DNA of 63,804 bases, the filler included, from Lenisia limosa (Eukaryota; Protista; Breviatea), in assembly GCA_001655205.1 (NCBI GenBank). It is 6 parts of 6 records of this genome, joined end to end, with 100 filler letters (N's around TTAATTAATTAA, not from the genome) between each part and the next. Parts side by side here need not be neighbours in the genome. Positions count along the whole stretch, not along the records: positions 19,778 to 31,689 come from LPNZ01010611.1; positions 31,790 to 53,808 come from LPNZ01008244.1; 4 more parts are not named here. One strand, written 5' to 3'. This document shows, piece after piece, positions 20,800 to 34,130 of the stretch. A program made the position numbers and the translations under genes. The notes below the pieces were generated by a model, which was not told the DNA's origin, ran no database searches, and saw nothing but the letters and a program-made list of their open reading frames with translations. Numbering within the stretch: the stretch's first letter is position 1; each line of letters begins with the position of its first letter.

Positions 20800-22800
20800 T
20801 ATCAGCCAAACCTGCTGCTTCTCCGATCGCCTTTGCCCTTCCCAAACGTCACCGCCGACAACAAGAAGCAGTACTGCGAGGTACTGGACCTGCCTTCTGA
20901 TTCGTCGACCAATGAGGTTGAGTTACCGGTATTGGAATCATTTTCCAATCAAGAGAAGCTTGTCACTACCACTGCTCCCGATTTCAGCCTTTTGGACAAG
21001 AGCGTTCTCCACTCGGTCTTCGCCAATGATAACATTTATTGTACCCGGGTGACTTGTGGGTGGGTGTACAGCAGTCATTATCAACCTTGAAGGCTCTGAC
21101 AAGTACATATTCGCTTGCAAGAAAGGTTAACAATGCAGCAATAAGCTTGTAAGAAAGGCTAACAATGGCAGCAATTAGCTTGCAAGAAAGGTTAACAAGG
21201 CAGCTATTAGCTTGCAAGAAAGGTGAACAATGGCAATTAGCTTGGGGATTCGGAATCTTTGTTTTTTTTGTTTGCAATGAAAATTATCGTCAACAAAGGA
21301 AATGGAGAGCCTTTGCCCAAGTTGTTTCAGATAGGTTTTTTTTTATTTTCTTGGGATGAGCAATTGTCAGCGTGTTTATCGGCCATCCAAAATACACCGA
21401 ATTATTGAACAATGGAATAGGATATATATATAGAAATGAGAATAAAACTAGGTTCCCTGGCATCTGTTAAATGATAACACGGGTGTCCTAAGGTGAGCTC
21501 ATGGAAAACATATGATGTTGTTGATGAGCAACACTGTAGTTGGATCATCTGTCTATTCATATCAATTGGAAAAGAGATTCCAATCCACATCAAAGGAATT
21601 TACCAGATATAAGTTCCCCATGCGATGACAGCTTGGGTATTGTGCTATGTTTCACCTTGATTCCAAAATATTAATCGATGTCTGCAAGAAGGTTATTGAC
21701 AAACTTGATCTGGTGATGGAAGAAAATTACCTCTCCTCTTCTCTACAAAAGGAATTTTTTCCGTATCATACTTTATCTAAAGTCCAGGAGGTGGTGGAGA
21801 GGCTCTCGTCTACCCCCTTAAACCATAAGTTGGTTTTTTTTATCAACCGCTCCAGGATGAGTACAAAGGTTTGTATTACTTCAATAAGGCAATGTTCTTG
21901 CCAAATGACCTGGTCTTTAAGCCCAGCAACCTGATGGAGTACGACCGTGCTGTCTCATTTATGTTTTTTGGGCACCAGTGTCTCACCTCGCTGCATTTCT
22001 TTTGCTTTCTAACAAGACTATTCTTGTTATCTTGAGCTAGGCTCAAATCAAGACTTTCCTGATTGGATCTGGAATCTTCAGCGCAAATGTGAAAGGAGCC
22101 AAAGGACCCAACAGGCGCAATATCTGGAGTTGTACCTAGATATGACAATGGCGATTGAGGTCTTCTTCGCAATTCGAACTGGAAACGCGAAACAGCTCTA
22201 TGTATCCCTCAAGTTTTTTTATTCCTTTGTTCGCTGGTCTCCGCAAGTTTGTTTTTGCTGTTAATTCGACATGTCTACGTCAGCGACACTGCCTCCAAAA
22301 TGCCCACCCTCTCTGGATTGGAGGTCAACGCCGTATGAATCACTACCGATAGTTTGGTCAAACAGTTAGTGGACGTTTCTTTCTTGTTATACGATTTAGA
22401 TCATATTCGAAACAGTTCAAATCTTTATTATTAAGAGCATTCATGTCAGCGAGACAAGGAAAAGTTATCTTCAAGAAAACTCTTGGCAATCCTCTGTTTT
22501 ATCATTTATTGTGTATCGAGGGAACCTTTTTAGCCCACAACATCCTCTTGCTGAAAAGCAACCAGGCGGCACCACCTCCAATATGGTTGCTGCTTTTTAA
22601 GCTGAAATCCGCACTCAAGCGAAAGTGCGAAGCCCGAACCTGGTGCAACTCATTGGGTACACTGAGAATTTTAGCCAGTGGAACATGCCTGTCGGAAACA
22701 TCGAGGTTAGTTTTGATGTGCGTTGTTTCTTATCATATTTATAATGCCACCCCTCAGACCCATATGCCCGACCACTTGATGTTGGAGACCTCGGTCTTTC
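20800..22800 (+). pseudogene. Fragmented ORF, possibly a decayed large transposase
   Basis: YLELYLDMTMAIEVFFAIRTGNAKQLYVSLKFF continues as IPLFAG...LQNAHP only through a 1-nt shift at a T7 run (~22214-22220). Downstream stops are present. The family assignment is from recalled motif similarity only. Confidence 0.3.
21113..21244. repeat. Minisatellite, 4 units of 30-33 bp (GCTTGCAAGAAAGGTTAACAATGGCAGCAATTA-like)
   Basis: Head-to-tail units start at 21113, 21145, 21178 and 21210, with no spacers. Confidence 0.85.
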
Positions 22801-23169
22801 ACTAAAGCTGACACGAATTAACGTTAATATTGTTCTCATCTGGGTCTTCTTGTTACTAGCCAAATATTTGTCCCTTTCTGGTTTCTCATGCCTTATCCTT
22901 GCCATATGTAAATAATTAGTTATATTATTTGAAATAAGTTCATTTCTTAAAAAACACTAGTTTAACGTGTGGAAAACGACAGTCTTAGTCCCCATCAAAT
23001 GACAATAAGTGTTGGAATGTTGTTCAATACCAAAAACTGCCTTAATAATTTAATTCTCGCAAGGAGTGCTATGGTTTTTGTGTACAATTCCAGGAGAAAG
23101 GATAGCTCTAAAAAAGTCGGTATTTCCAGTTCAAGAGATTGGAGAATCAAACGACAAGACAGAAGGTCA

Positions 23170-25460
23170 AAACAAAAGGGTCACACAGAAAACAAACCAA
23201 GATGCAGTAGGAGAAAAGGCTTGAGGAAAGTACCCCCCTCCCCAGACCTTAGCGGACAACACAGTAGTGGAATAAGCGACAACGCAAAGTGCCTTGCGTG
23301 CGGCATCAAGAGTGTAGCCCACATCCTCGGCTGACATGTGTATCCTCTGCAGTCATTAGGGGGCAATGTCAAAAGTAGTAATGGATAGTTAGTTGGTTAA
23401 ATGTGATAAAAAAAGAAAAAAAAAGGTATCCTCAAGTGTTACTATTCTATGAACACAAATTATCAAAATTTCTTTAAAGAAAAGCTCATTATGCGTTAAC
23501 CATATTGTCATCCTCTTTCATTGCACACATTTAACCGATTATTAGACCTTCACCTATTATCACATTGTACTGGAATCCCATGAAGGACCAACCTCCGGAC
23601 TTGTAAGTACGTCTATGGCGGGTTGGAAAGCAGCATGAGCTGCTGAGGCTTGAGCAGCAATCAAACGCAATGACGGGATAATACTATCTGGGACCACCGT
23701 CGTGCTTTTGAAGTTGTGCGTCTGCTTTCCTGTCCGACCTTAAGACGTTATCGTAACAGTATAACAATTATATGTACTTGACCATAGTCAGTCATAAAAT
23801 GAATATCAAGAAGGTTGGGAACTTATATATCTCTCTCTATTCATACCACCAAAATTAAGTCCCGAAAACCCTTTGTTCAATCCCTCATCTTAACAGTCCC
23901 TTTGAGAGAAGTTCGCAATTATCTGCCAACCTGTCACTAAGCGGGTCACTGCTTCCTTTGCTGCTTTCACTTTCTCGGGGTCTGTGTCTGCAACAATTAC
24001 ATTTTACATGAAAGACAAGATAACAAAAACATACTGAACTAGCCAATCCCCCCCCCCCCACCTTNNNNNNNNNNNNNNNNNNNNNNNNNNNNNNNNNNNN
24101 NNNNNNNNNNNNNNNNNNNNNNNNNNNNNNNNNNNNNNNNNNNNNNNNNNNNNNNNNNNNNNNNNNNNNNNNNNNNNNNNNNNNNNNNNNNNNNNNAAAA
24201 CGAACAAAGCCCAGGCCAATAGCTTCTACAAAATAGGGGTAGGGGGGGAATACATTTAGTGCGAGAGTAGAGGGATTTTGAGAATACCCTTGGTGAATTT
24301 GTCTGTTGAGATGATACTACCTCTCCCTCCCCTCCAAAAACAGACAATAATGAGAAATGTGGAAATGAGACAAAGCAAAAAAAGTTGCATAAGACCACCA
24401 TATGCATATGATATACTATACCCAATTATCTAAAACAGAGAAAAATAAATTATATGAATCTACGCGCACCTTGGCGTGCAAAAGCGTGGTTCTGCGCGCG
24501 GAGAAGCGACTCAGTACCTGCTCGTGATGACTCACTAACAGCACTCTGAGGCGGTAAAAGGAGGATGGAGCACATATAAAGAAAGAGATACACTTATATT
24601 CATACACACTTGTCGATATGATATAAAAAGCAAAAGCAGACCTTGTATAACTGTTGATACTCCTCCACTTTGCTACTGAGCTGGCTAATTTCCTCTTCCA
24701 TGTCCGAAGCCCTGTTATCTGAACCAAAGTTAAGACAATCACAGCGAGAACGCAGGTTATTTGCAGTCCAGAAATACTGAATTATTTAGTGAATTATCGA
24801 TATCACCAGGCTAAATGCTGTCTCGCACGTACCAAAAGAAGACTGAGGCACTTTTGGTCGAACGTCAATCGGCTTTCGAACTAATTCAAGTTAACAGGAG
24901 AAAGAAGAGCACACTTGTAAAGGAAGAATTGTTTTTATCAGCCCCCTGCTCCCCCAAACCTCGGGGTGCTGCTGGCCTTGTGGATGGTTGTTGGCTCGGG
25001 CTCTGCTCTTCCTCAAATCGTAAGCCATACCAAAGTTAAGTATTAATATTGAAACTGTTTTTATTCCTTCCGCAATTGCAGATTTGTTTTTTATGATTCT
25101 AAGCTATATCATGACTTGGCACCCAGCATACTCGTCGTCGAGCCGGTTTGGGTTTGGCTGCAGTTTGGCCAGGAGCAGCCTGCGTGTTAGACGGGAAATG
25201 GTGTCGGGACGCCGAGGTCGCGGTTGCTGGGGCTTTGGGCTGGTCAGTGGAGGAGCTTTCAGTGGGATGAGGCTTTCTGATGATGAGTAAGATTACAAAA
25301 AGACGTTTTTTCAGGGCATAACTCTGTGAATTTTAGTTTTCATTCAAATGGCGGCCCAGTATATCATTTTAATCCAACCTTCTCAATTCATCAGCCGCCA
25401 CCGCCTGTCGGGACTCTCGGATCTCTCTACTGAACCGAACCAACGGATGGTTGCCCTCTG
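23170..25460 (-). CDS. Hypothetical multi-exon protein with a coiled-coil segment
   Basis: Exon-like open segments on the minus strand (DNRASDMEEEISQLSSKVEEYQQ, VIVADTDPEKVKAAKEAVTRL, MSAEDVGYTLDAARKALCVVAY). No family recognised. Confidence 0.3.
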
Positions 25461-27273
25461 ACGTAGCGTGAGATGTGGCGTGAGATGTGACGTGATTCGC
25501 GTCACCGCTGGGTTGGGGCTCTGGCGCCAGGGGGGACACCCGGGATCTCGGGATAATCTAAAGAGTTAAAGGAAAAAGGAAGGGAAAGTAAGAAGTCGGA
25601 AGGGACAAAAGCATAATGTATAATAATAATAATATGATAGATATATATACGTATATATCATTTTATATAATATACTAAATCATATATTATATCATATATA
25701 TACACAATACATGTAGTGTATCATTTATCATATGTAGCTATATTATATCATATATTATAGTGATATTTCTGATATACGACAATGTATACTGTATGAGTAA
25801 TACAAATGGATTTTTAATTGTTTTTGTACCCAAAATGATATCATACACTGTATGTGTGAATGATTGAAGGAATGCATATTATCCAACAACAACAATATGT
25901 GTAAATGGTAATCATTTAAACAAAATAAGTTGGCATTATGAAATGAAACAGACTTGACTGGAAAGTAAACCCCAACCTTTGTTGGCGGCAGATCAGGCTC
26001 CTTCCCAGGGTTCAGCGACACATAAGATGCGTCATCCATTTCAGGAGACAGGGGGTGGCTGATGGTCGTGTCAAAGGGCTTTCTTGCTACTGGCCGTCTG
26101 GGGCAAAGTAAATGAGAGCAAGGTAATATAGTATGCGGCAATCAAACAAATGCTAGTTGCCAAAATCCAATGCTAATTTTAAATGGAGTTGCAAATATAC
26201 TGGATTCAAAATTATTGAGAAAGGCAATTTTTAGAAGTTTGTCGACTGCTAATCTTGTTTCTAGTTTATACAATAAAGCATATTCAGATATTCAAGAACT
26301 TCACTCAAAACTGAGTTCACCCTGGAAAATATCGATATTGTACCAGCCTATGTGGTCCGAAGTACGCAAGAAACCCACCTTGCAGGCTTAGACGGTTCAG
26401 CAGGCTTGCGTCTTTGCGCCGGCCCCAAGCTGGTTCGTGGCTTCCGGTTCTGTGGTGTTGCAACGTGATTGAGCAGTCATGGATATTTGTTTAAAGCTCC
26501 ATCACACATAACAGTGAATTAATCTTCTCCTTGAACTCAAAGAGTGGAAAAAAAGGCATTCAGCATTAGTGTGAAAAGCATCACCCTCTCCCAACAAACC
26601 ATGCTTCGTGATGCCTCAAATCAAGATGCCCCAAGATGATGGCGCCTTTTGATGATCAAGGTTGTTCTTCACTATTTCATCTTTTCCCCTTCAATAGAAA
26701 GAATATAATAAGATGGCCAAGTGGACTCTTAGGGGGGGGAGTTTTCTTTTCTTCTTTATTGCTTTGACCACTTTGTTACTTCTTTATCTTAAGCAGCTTT
26801 TATAGAAAAATAATTAACTGATTAATAAAAAAAAAAAATACGTGTAGTGGTCATTGAATGTTTCTGCTGTAACCCGGCTGGTGGGCTGAAGGGCCCCGGG
26901 GGTATTTCGGGAATTCAGGTTCGATTCCGATACCGACCACGTGACTATAGCACAAGGGGCCTCCACTCATGAAAATTAGTATGCCACCACCACCACTCTC
27001 AAAAACCCCGGTTTCCACCATCCACACTGTTTTTCAGCTGTTTTTGGCATAATCGTTGTATATCAAGCTAGTTGCATTGGTGTTGCATTGTTGCATTTGA
27101 TAATTTGCCAATTTGGAAACACGCAAATTGCACGCAAACGCAGTGCAAACGTAGTGTCTACAAATGAATAACTGTGACTGTGCAATGACTGTGACTGTTT
27201 GATAGATAACCTGATTTTAAAAAACAAGAAAAAATAAATGTACCGACACATACCTCACACAACACATATCTAT

Positions 27274-30181
27274 CTAGTAAGACAAACCCTCGCTATCCAT
27301 GAACCGCTTCAGATACGGGATGGTATTCGAGCCGACAACACTTCCGATGTCGCCGACGAAGAGCCACGAAGACAGCGCAATCAGGTTGAAGGATGACGGA
27401 ACCACTCGGTCAATCAGTCTGCATGTCTAAGGGTGTGAAAACCGCAGATATGCGATTGGTGAAAACGCGTATGATATAATGCTAGATCAGTTCATTTATC
27501 AACCTTCAAGCCTTTCTGGTCCCAGTTTCTATTCACAACTACTACAAAAAATAGTCGTTCTCAAAACAGCAAGTGCCAAGTCATCATACCTGACTGTAAA
27601 CCGAGCCGTTTCCGAGGGCAACAAAGAAGCCACCAATGGGCACGAGAACCGTTACGCCGCCGAGGGCACAGACAGCGCCAATGGCCGAGAAAATCAGGAA
27701 AAAGGCTGGATGGATGGACTAAACATATAATAATAATAAAAAGTACTGTAAAAATGACATCATTGGAATAATAGTATATATATATTTATTTAAAAATAAC
27801 TGGACTCAAAAATTTCATAAATTTGTTGATTTTTGAAAAGAATCTAACAGAGTACAAAATAGAGCTCTTCCTCAGACCTTAATATGGAAGAAGAAGCGCC
27901 GGCCGCAGAAATCTCCAAGGGAGAAGCCCATGTTGTAGAACATAAAGAAAATGTCCTTATGGATACGAAAGCCTAAAGAGTCATTCGTAGCTTATATTTG
28001 GGATGGCAAAATAATAAAGCTCCAAATCCCACCCTTGAAGAAGTATTGCGTCCTAACAGGGTCGTCATTATAAAGATACAGCACAATACCAGGCGACATC
28101 AGAGACACACAGAACATGTCAACCATGAGAACAACTGAGTGTTTCCACACCTAAAAAAGTCAGGAATTGGGGAGACTGATAAACAATGTACAATAAAAAT
28201 GCAGGAGACGGGGGAATTCAATCACCCCCCCCCCTCCCCACTTTAGGCCACCATAATCTGAACTGTCTCAGGTCCTGAACAAAGGAGCTAAAGGACACAG
28301 CTTGCACCAAAGAGGCTGTGGAATAAGGTTTGGCGCTGGAACACCATTTGAAACATGGTATTGATGCAGTATGTAGTATGTGTGACTAAGGCTTGACTTC
28401 GGTTCAAAAAAAGACTAGATGTCTCGATAAATCTTCGAATATTATTGATATTTTACTGGTATTTTTCGGAACCGAAGTGAAGCCCTATGTATGACCATAA
28501 AAGTTAAAAGTTAATGCAGTCCACATACCCATTCTGTAAATACGAATGAAGAAGATGGGGATGGACGTGATACAAGCCGTCAGAATAAAAATGTAAAAGT
28601 ACAGCAGCTTTGCTCCCATTTCCATTGCCGCGAAAGAACCTAGAAGGTGAATTCACGAACCTGTACTCCTAATAGTTGAAATTTTGTAGAAATAGGGTAA
28701 TTCATCATTTGATTTGAAGTCAGGAGAGGAATATGTATATCATATGATGTGTACTATGCACATATACAAATATTTTACTAAATTTCCATTGAGGGAAGTC
28801 CACGAAGGACTTTCGGTTCTCTCAGAGAGTTATTGATTTCCCGACCGTTGCTTGTGCCTCACCATACCGATGGTCATGGTCATGATACCGAGGGGCATGC
28901 CAAGAAGCGCCCAAAGCTTGGAGTTATGGCCGAGGGGGGTGCAACAATTGAGAAAATTGGCCTCAAAAGAACCTAAAAAGTTGGCCATTAAGGAAACTAG
29001 GCAAAAACTGTTTTGTTTTTCAGTTATACTAATAATGGTCAAAGAGAAGAAAGCAAGAAAAGAGTTTTATGGTGCAAAAAGAGAAAGAAAACAATACAGC
29101 TGTCATCCAGCTGATTATGTGATAGACAGCATATAAGAGGAGGTTATCCAGCTTACCAATAGAAACACCACCCAAGAAATAGGCGATAAAGACTACTGTC
29201 AGAGTCTGCAATATTAGTTACAATTCAGAATACCATATCATAATGTTCTTATAAGGTTTTTAATTTTGGCAAAAAAAATAAATAATAAAAACAATAAGCA
29301 GCATCGTATGTTCGAATAGTTCGCCAAAAACCTGAATATCGAACACCAGCGTCGAGATAAGCACCGACATGGAAATGGCCATTGAGCAGACCGAAACCAA
29401 CACACGGTCGCGGGGGGACAGGAATGCAAAAACTACCTATGAAATGATAAGAAAATTGATATCAGATTGACCCGAGTATGTACAGATATGATATCTGCCG
29501 TATTTGTTTTATTTTAAGGCACTTATTTCTAATATTAATGCACTTTGTTCAATCCTTAAACAGGGTGATGTGCCAACTCTTTACCCTCTCACATTGTGGC
29601 CTATCCTGAGGAAGAGGTTACCAAGGTAGAGAAATGACACAGCCATTCCGAATGTGTTTACGTCCGCACTATAGAGTAAATGTTTGGTACATTGTAAATA
29701 ATAATGGTGTGGTATTGGTTGAATAGGGGTAGAAGGAAAATAATTTAACTGTGTTGCTTGCTTTGTACTTTCAAACCTCACATGAGACATACCAAAGCGC
29801 AGATCTGTCCCCCCCCCTCTCTCCTCCTCCAGTGAATATTATCATATACCGGCTGACCCCCTCCCCCGCACGTGTCGTCATCGTCAATGCCGAAGTGGTC
29901 ACGGAGTTTGTGTTGNNNNNNNNNNNNNNNNNNNNNNNNNNNNNNNNNNNNNNNNNNNNNNNNNNNNCAAACAGACCAGCATAGCCTCTGGAGGGGGTGA
30001 ACGGAGGAACTCGAGTGAGGGTGGAAGAAGATAAAAAGGCCAAGACAACAAGTTCAGAAAGCGAATGAACCCCCCACGAGAACACGCCAAAAACGACAAA
30101 GAAAGCCTCGCGGTACGTAACACCATGCGACGTCTTCCCGGTCAGCGGCTCAGTCTCAACTGCGACATAGTCCGTCGTCAC
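27274..30181 (-). CDS. Multi-pass membrane protein, probably CLN3/battenin-like transporter, multi-exon
   Basis: Successive hydrophobic exons: REAFFVVFGVFS, FGMAVSFLYLGNLFLRIGHN, GSFEANFLNCCTPLGHNSKLWALLGMPLG, DMFCVSLMSPGIVLYLY, GGFFVALGNGSVY, LSSWLFVGDIGSVVGSN. The family name is recalled, not searched. Confidence 0.6.
28387..28487. mobile_element. Short hairpin MITE, family A copy 3, intronic
   Basis: TA-AGGCTTGACTTCGGTTC...GAACCGAAGTGAAGCCC-TA: a 17-bp TIR with 2 mismatches and TA on both sides. Confidence 0.75.
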
Positions 30182-32449
30182 ATCTCGGACCTCGTGTTCG
30201 TCCTACAGCGTCATGGGCTCCACATCAAAGAAGACGCAGCCATTTGATAATATTTCTTAAACGCCCATGATATGTATTCAAAAGAGCTGTAGAGGCCAAG
30301 TTGAGGCGAATAAAACGTGATCGAGCGTGAATTTAGACGAAAGACATCTATTGTAGCAGTGCAAATTGTTTACATTACCCCCTTAATATCACTTCTATAT
30401 ACCTGTAGCGACATACTGGTGAGTTAGAGGGCTCCCTTGAAAAAAAAGCTCGATGAAACATAAGTAGATCATTTGATCGCTTAAAAACAGGCCAAAAACA
30501 ATTTCAAGCCAATTTTTTAGTATGAAAAGAAATTAAAACGTTGATTTTTGAATAAATAAAGAGTTTGTTAGTGCGATCAACCCCTGTGAGTTGTTCATCA
30601 TGAACTCCGCTAACGTTACACCCGCTGCTCAAGTCCGTAGACGGCAGTTCCAGCAATCACCATATACTCCTCACCATAATTCGCCTTTAAACAGCCATTC
30701 GCCGATGACACCGCTTTCCTCATCCTCAAGCCAACGACCTAAGGCAAGCATGTCGACTTCCCTCTCACCTATTGGGCGCGAAGAAGGATGGAAGTCAATT
30801 CAGGTTGGTGTAGGGACGAGAATGCTGCTGGACCTCTAATACAGCCAAGATCTCGTCCATTCCGTTAGGATGTCGTTTTGCTGTTTGACCACGCTATCTT
30901 ATTCCTCGCATTCATCATGTTTCTTGAAGACGTTTTAAAAAATAATTCCAATGTGGATTTATCTGATTCTGAAAATCACTGTGGCCCATTACTGATCTGA
31001 CCTATTTTTAGGTCCAATTGTTCGAGGAGCGTCAAATCAAAATCAAAGAGTTTGCTAGCCAGTAGTCCTCTCCATCGATTTGTACTCTTAAGACATGAAT
31101 AGAAATATTTATTTCACTTCTGTTTGATGGTTTCTTTTCTTCTGTTTCTTTGGACGAAAAGTTTCTGTTTCCACTGCATAACGTGATTGTAGAAGCCACA
31201 ACACGTTCATAAACATGCTCGCAATGATGGCTGTCACATGGATGCTCTTTGCCCTCCTTCCAAAATTCAGGTGAGGCCCTTTTTGATTGTGTCCGTAATT
31301 TTTTCGTCCATTCACCTGCACAGCATATTCAACCAATAAATGAATTGCTTCCTCTGGATATCATTCCGCTTGTGTGTGTTATAATCTGAATCCTTCCAGC
31401 TTCACACCAGAAGTTCTTCTGACCGAGGCTGGGCAGGATTGCCTCATGGTAAGGGACATCCGCTTCATTCTTTTCAAAATTAACAATCATATGTTATGAA
31501 AGTGTGAGTAGCAGATTTTACTCAAAAGTAAAAAGTGTACAGGTGCTAGCCTAGCTAGCTTGAGCTTTGTTTGCTTTATTGCTTTCAACCCTTGTGCAGA
31601 AGCAACTGGCCTGTGTTTTTTTTTTGTTGTTCTCAACCCTCCTGTGTTGCTAGCCAATGTTGTTGATTTTGGGCTTTTTTTTTTGTTAANNNNNNNNNNN
31701 NNNNNNNNNNNNNNNNNNNNNNNNNNNNNNNNNTTAATTAATTAANNNNNNNNNNNNNNNNNNNNNNNNNNNNNNNNNNNNNNNNNNNNGTTAAACATTT
31801 GAGAAGTACACGGTGGGGAGAGGGTAAGTCATTGTGGTACACTGCGGGGGGGGGTGATTATATACAACAATATATACCCACAACCCAATCATACCTTGGA
31901 TGTCGACAGCTCAATCATCGACTCATCCATGTTGAAGCAAGGTTATTGTTGATGGGTGAGAGAGAGAGGCGAAGTACTGCTGGATCTTCTCCTTAGTAGT
32001 AGCGTCATGACGGTTATCGTCGACAATGTTGGGGGGTCTACAAGATCAGACAAAACACAAAAAACTCGCATCAACATAAGAAAAAACAATATTATATTTA
32101 GTGGTTGGTGAAACTGGTGGACAACGATATGATGTGAGAACAAAAACATCACCAACATACAGTAATCTTAAGGAAGTCATCATAAGTCTTGAGCCAGCGG
32201 TCGACCCAAGATATTGAAAGGTTGATAACCTCGTTTGTCGCGGAGTAGTGGAAAGATGCTGCCTGATTGTATAAAGGAGGGGGGTAATCAGTTCTTTATT
32301 ACGTTTTCAGATACAGCATACTTTTTTATTCTTTGACACAATTTCGAAAAGTAAATCTCAATAGTAAGTGGTGTGCAATTGGTTTTCTCTTCTCTTTCTC
32401 TCATTTATTCTGACCTCGACTAATTCAATGCAAGAATAAAAATTTCAGA

Positions 32450-34130
32450 CCTTGAGATTGACGACAACGACGCTGCTACTACTGATGTCTTCCTTGACCG
32501 TGAGTACCGTCGTCTCGTTAAGAAGTTTGAGAGCGCCAAGTCCAAGCTCAAGGCCATTCGCAAGAAGCGCCTCACACAAAAGGCCCAGTCGATTCACGAC
32601 CATCGTGGAAGCTCAGGCATGCTTTCCAACTGTTGTATTTTTCTTCATTACAGTTACCCCCATCTACACTTTTTTGTTTGCTACAGTGGGGGTGAGATCT
32701 TCACTGCCTGGGTCTTTGATGTCTTTGTCCCCTACGTTAACGAGTATCGCCAGAAGTGCTCCATCCCCGACGACTTCTGGGCCCTCCTCCTGCTTGACGG
32801 TCACTCATCTCGATACTCCCCCCTCGCGCTTCAACATCTTCTGGATAACAAAATCTTTTCTTTCCTCCCGCGGGTAAGGGGGGTTTTTTTCTTGGAAATT
32901 CGTACAGGTCGTTAGGGTTTACCCCACCTTTAGGGTTTTTTTTTCTTTTTTTTCTCGTCTATGCAACGTGTAGGAACATAAGCTAGTCCGTTAGAGTGTT
33001 TTCAGGACATAATTTCTAAATCAACTTGGTCAGAATTCAAAAGCAAGTTCAGGATCCAGTTTTGGGGGGTGAGGGACTGAGGGGATTTTTGACCGTTTTT
33101 GGTCACTAGTTGCGTATGTCTAAGTCGGAGGGAAATTTTTTTTCATTTTTTTCTCCCTAAGGGACTATCTTATGTGCTCACCCGTTGTATAGACATGTTT
33201 AAGTACATTAATTTGAAACCAACTTGGTCAGAATTGAAAAGCAAGGTCCAGGATCCAGTTTTGGGGGGTGAGGGACTGAGGGCACAGCCTCTTGACCGCA
33301 TGACTTTCGGTGTCTTGAAGGCTGGTGTTCGTAGCTGCCTCTCCTCCAAGGTGTCCAAGTCCTTCTCTATGGGCATGACCAAGGCTGCTGTCAGCATCGA
33401 CGCTGACACTACTGAGTCTCTCCGGCTGCGTGCCAATGAGGCAGTCCTGAGTTCATCGATGCCATCTCTATCGCTAAGTCTGACAATGCCACTCTCGCCA
33501 AGTCATTGACGACGCCTATACCTCCAGCAACGACTTTACCCTTGCCTGGAACGACAGCGTCAGTGCCGCACCGGTATGGGGGACTGGGATACATAAGAAT
33601 ATTTGATAATCTGTCATATTTGAGCAGCACAATGAGGTGGGGGGGGGGTGAAAGAGTCTGTTGTATGATATGTAACTAACCATTATGCTCAGGCTGCCCC
33701 CGATTTCGATGGTACTGATGTCCTTGCTGAGAAGAAGACAAAACGCACCACTTTCGTCCCTCTCACAATCCCTGAGCGAGCCAAGCTCATTAAAGATTCC
33801 ATCGAGAAGGTGTGAAAAAGGTCAAATTTTGCTTGATACTGTGAACTTGATGCTGTTCACATTCCATTTTATTCTTAAATTACAATGATTTCATATTCTA
33901 TTAATTGGGTGCTGTGTTTGCTCACATTGTTCTCAATACAAGGAATCAATAATTTTATTATCTAGGAGCACAAAGCCAAGTTGGAGCGTGAGCGTATTGC
34001 CACCCATGCCGCTGTCAAGAAGGTTAGAGCTCGAGGCATAGCTGTCCTCAAGGGTACTGCCCTTAAGGCTACTGCCCCCAAGCGCCACTCTCCTGCTGAA
34101 AGAAATATCAAGAAGGCCCGAAAGGCCTAA
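32450..34130 (+). CDS. pogo/Tigger-type DDE_1 transposase-derived gene with introns; 5' part unresolved, possibly degenerate
   Basis: WVFDVFVPYV...ALLLLDGHSSR...KIFSFLP (D at 32796) and QPLDRMTFGVLK (~33285-33320) match DDE_1 motifs. A basic C-terminal exon ends in TAA at 34128-34130. Confidence 0.6.
33018..33282. repeat. Pair of ~66-bp direct repeats in an intron
   Basis: 33018-33083 and 33216-33282 both read CAACTTGGTCAGAATT(C/G)AAAAGCAAG..CAGGATCCAGTTTTGGGGGGTGAGGGACTGAGGG. Confidence 0.85.

Noticed and set aside
21113-21244. Repeats of CRISPR-like length
   Set aside because: Head-to-tail with no spacers, no cas genes and a eukaryotic context; this is a minisatellite.
32900-32940. Two TTAGGG hexamers
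   Set aside because: Not tandem and too few for a telomeric array.
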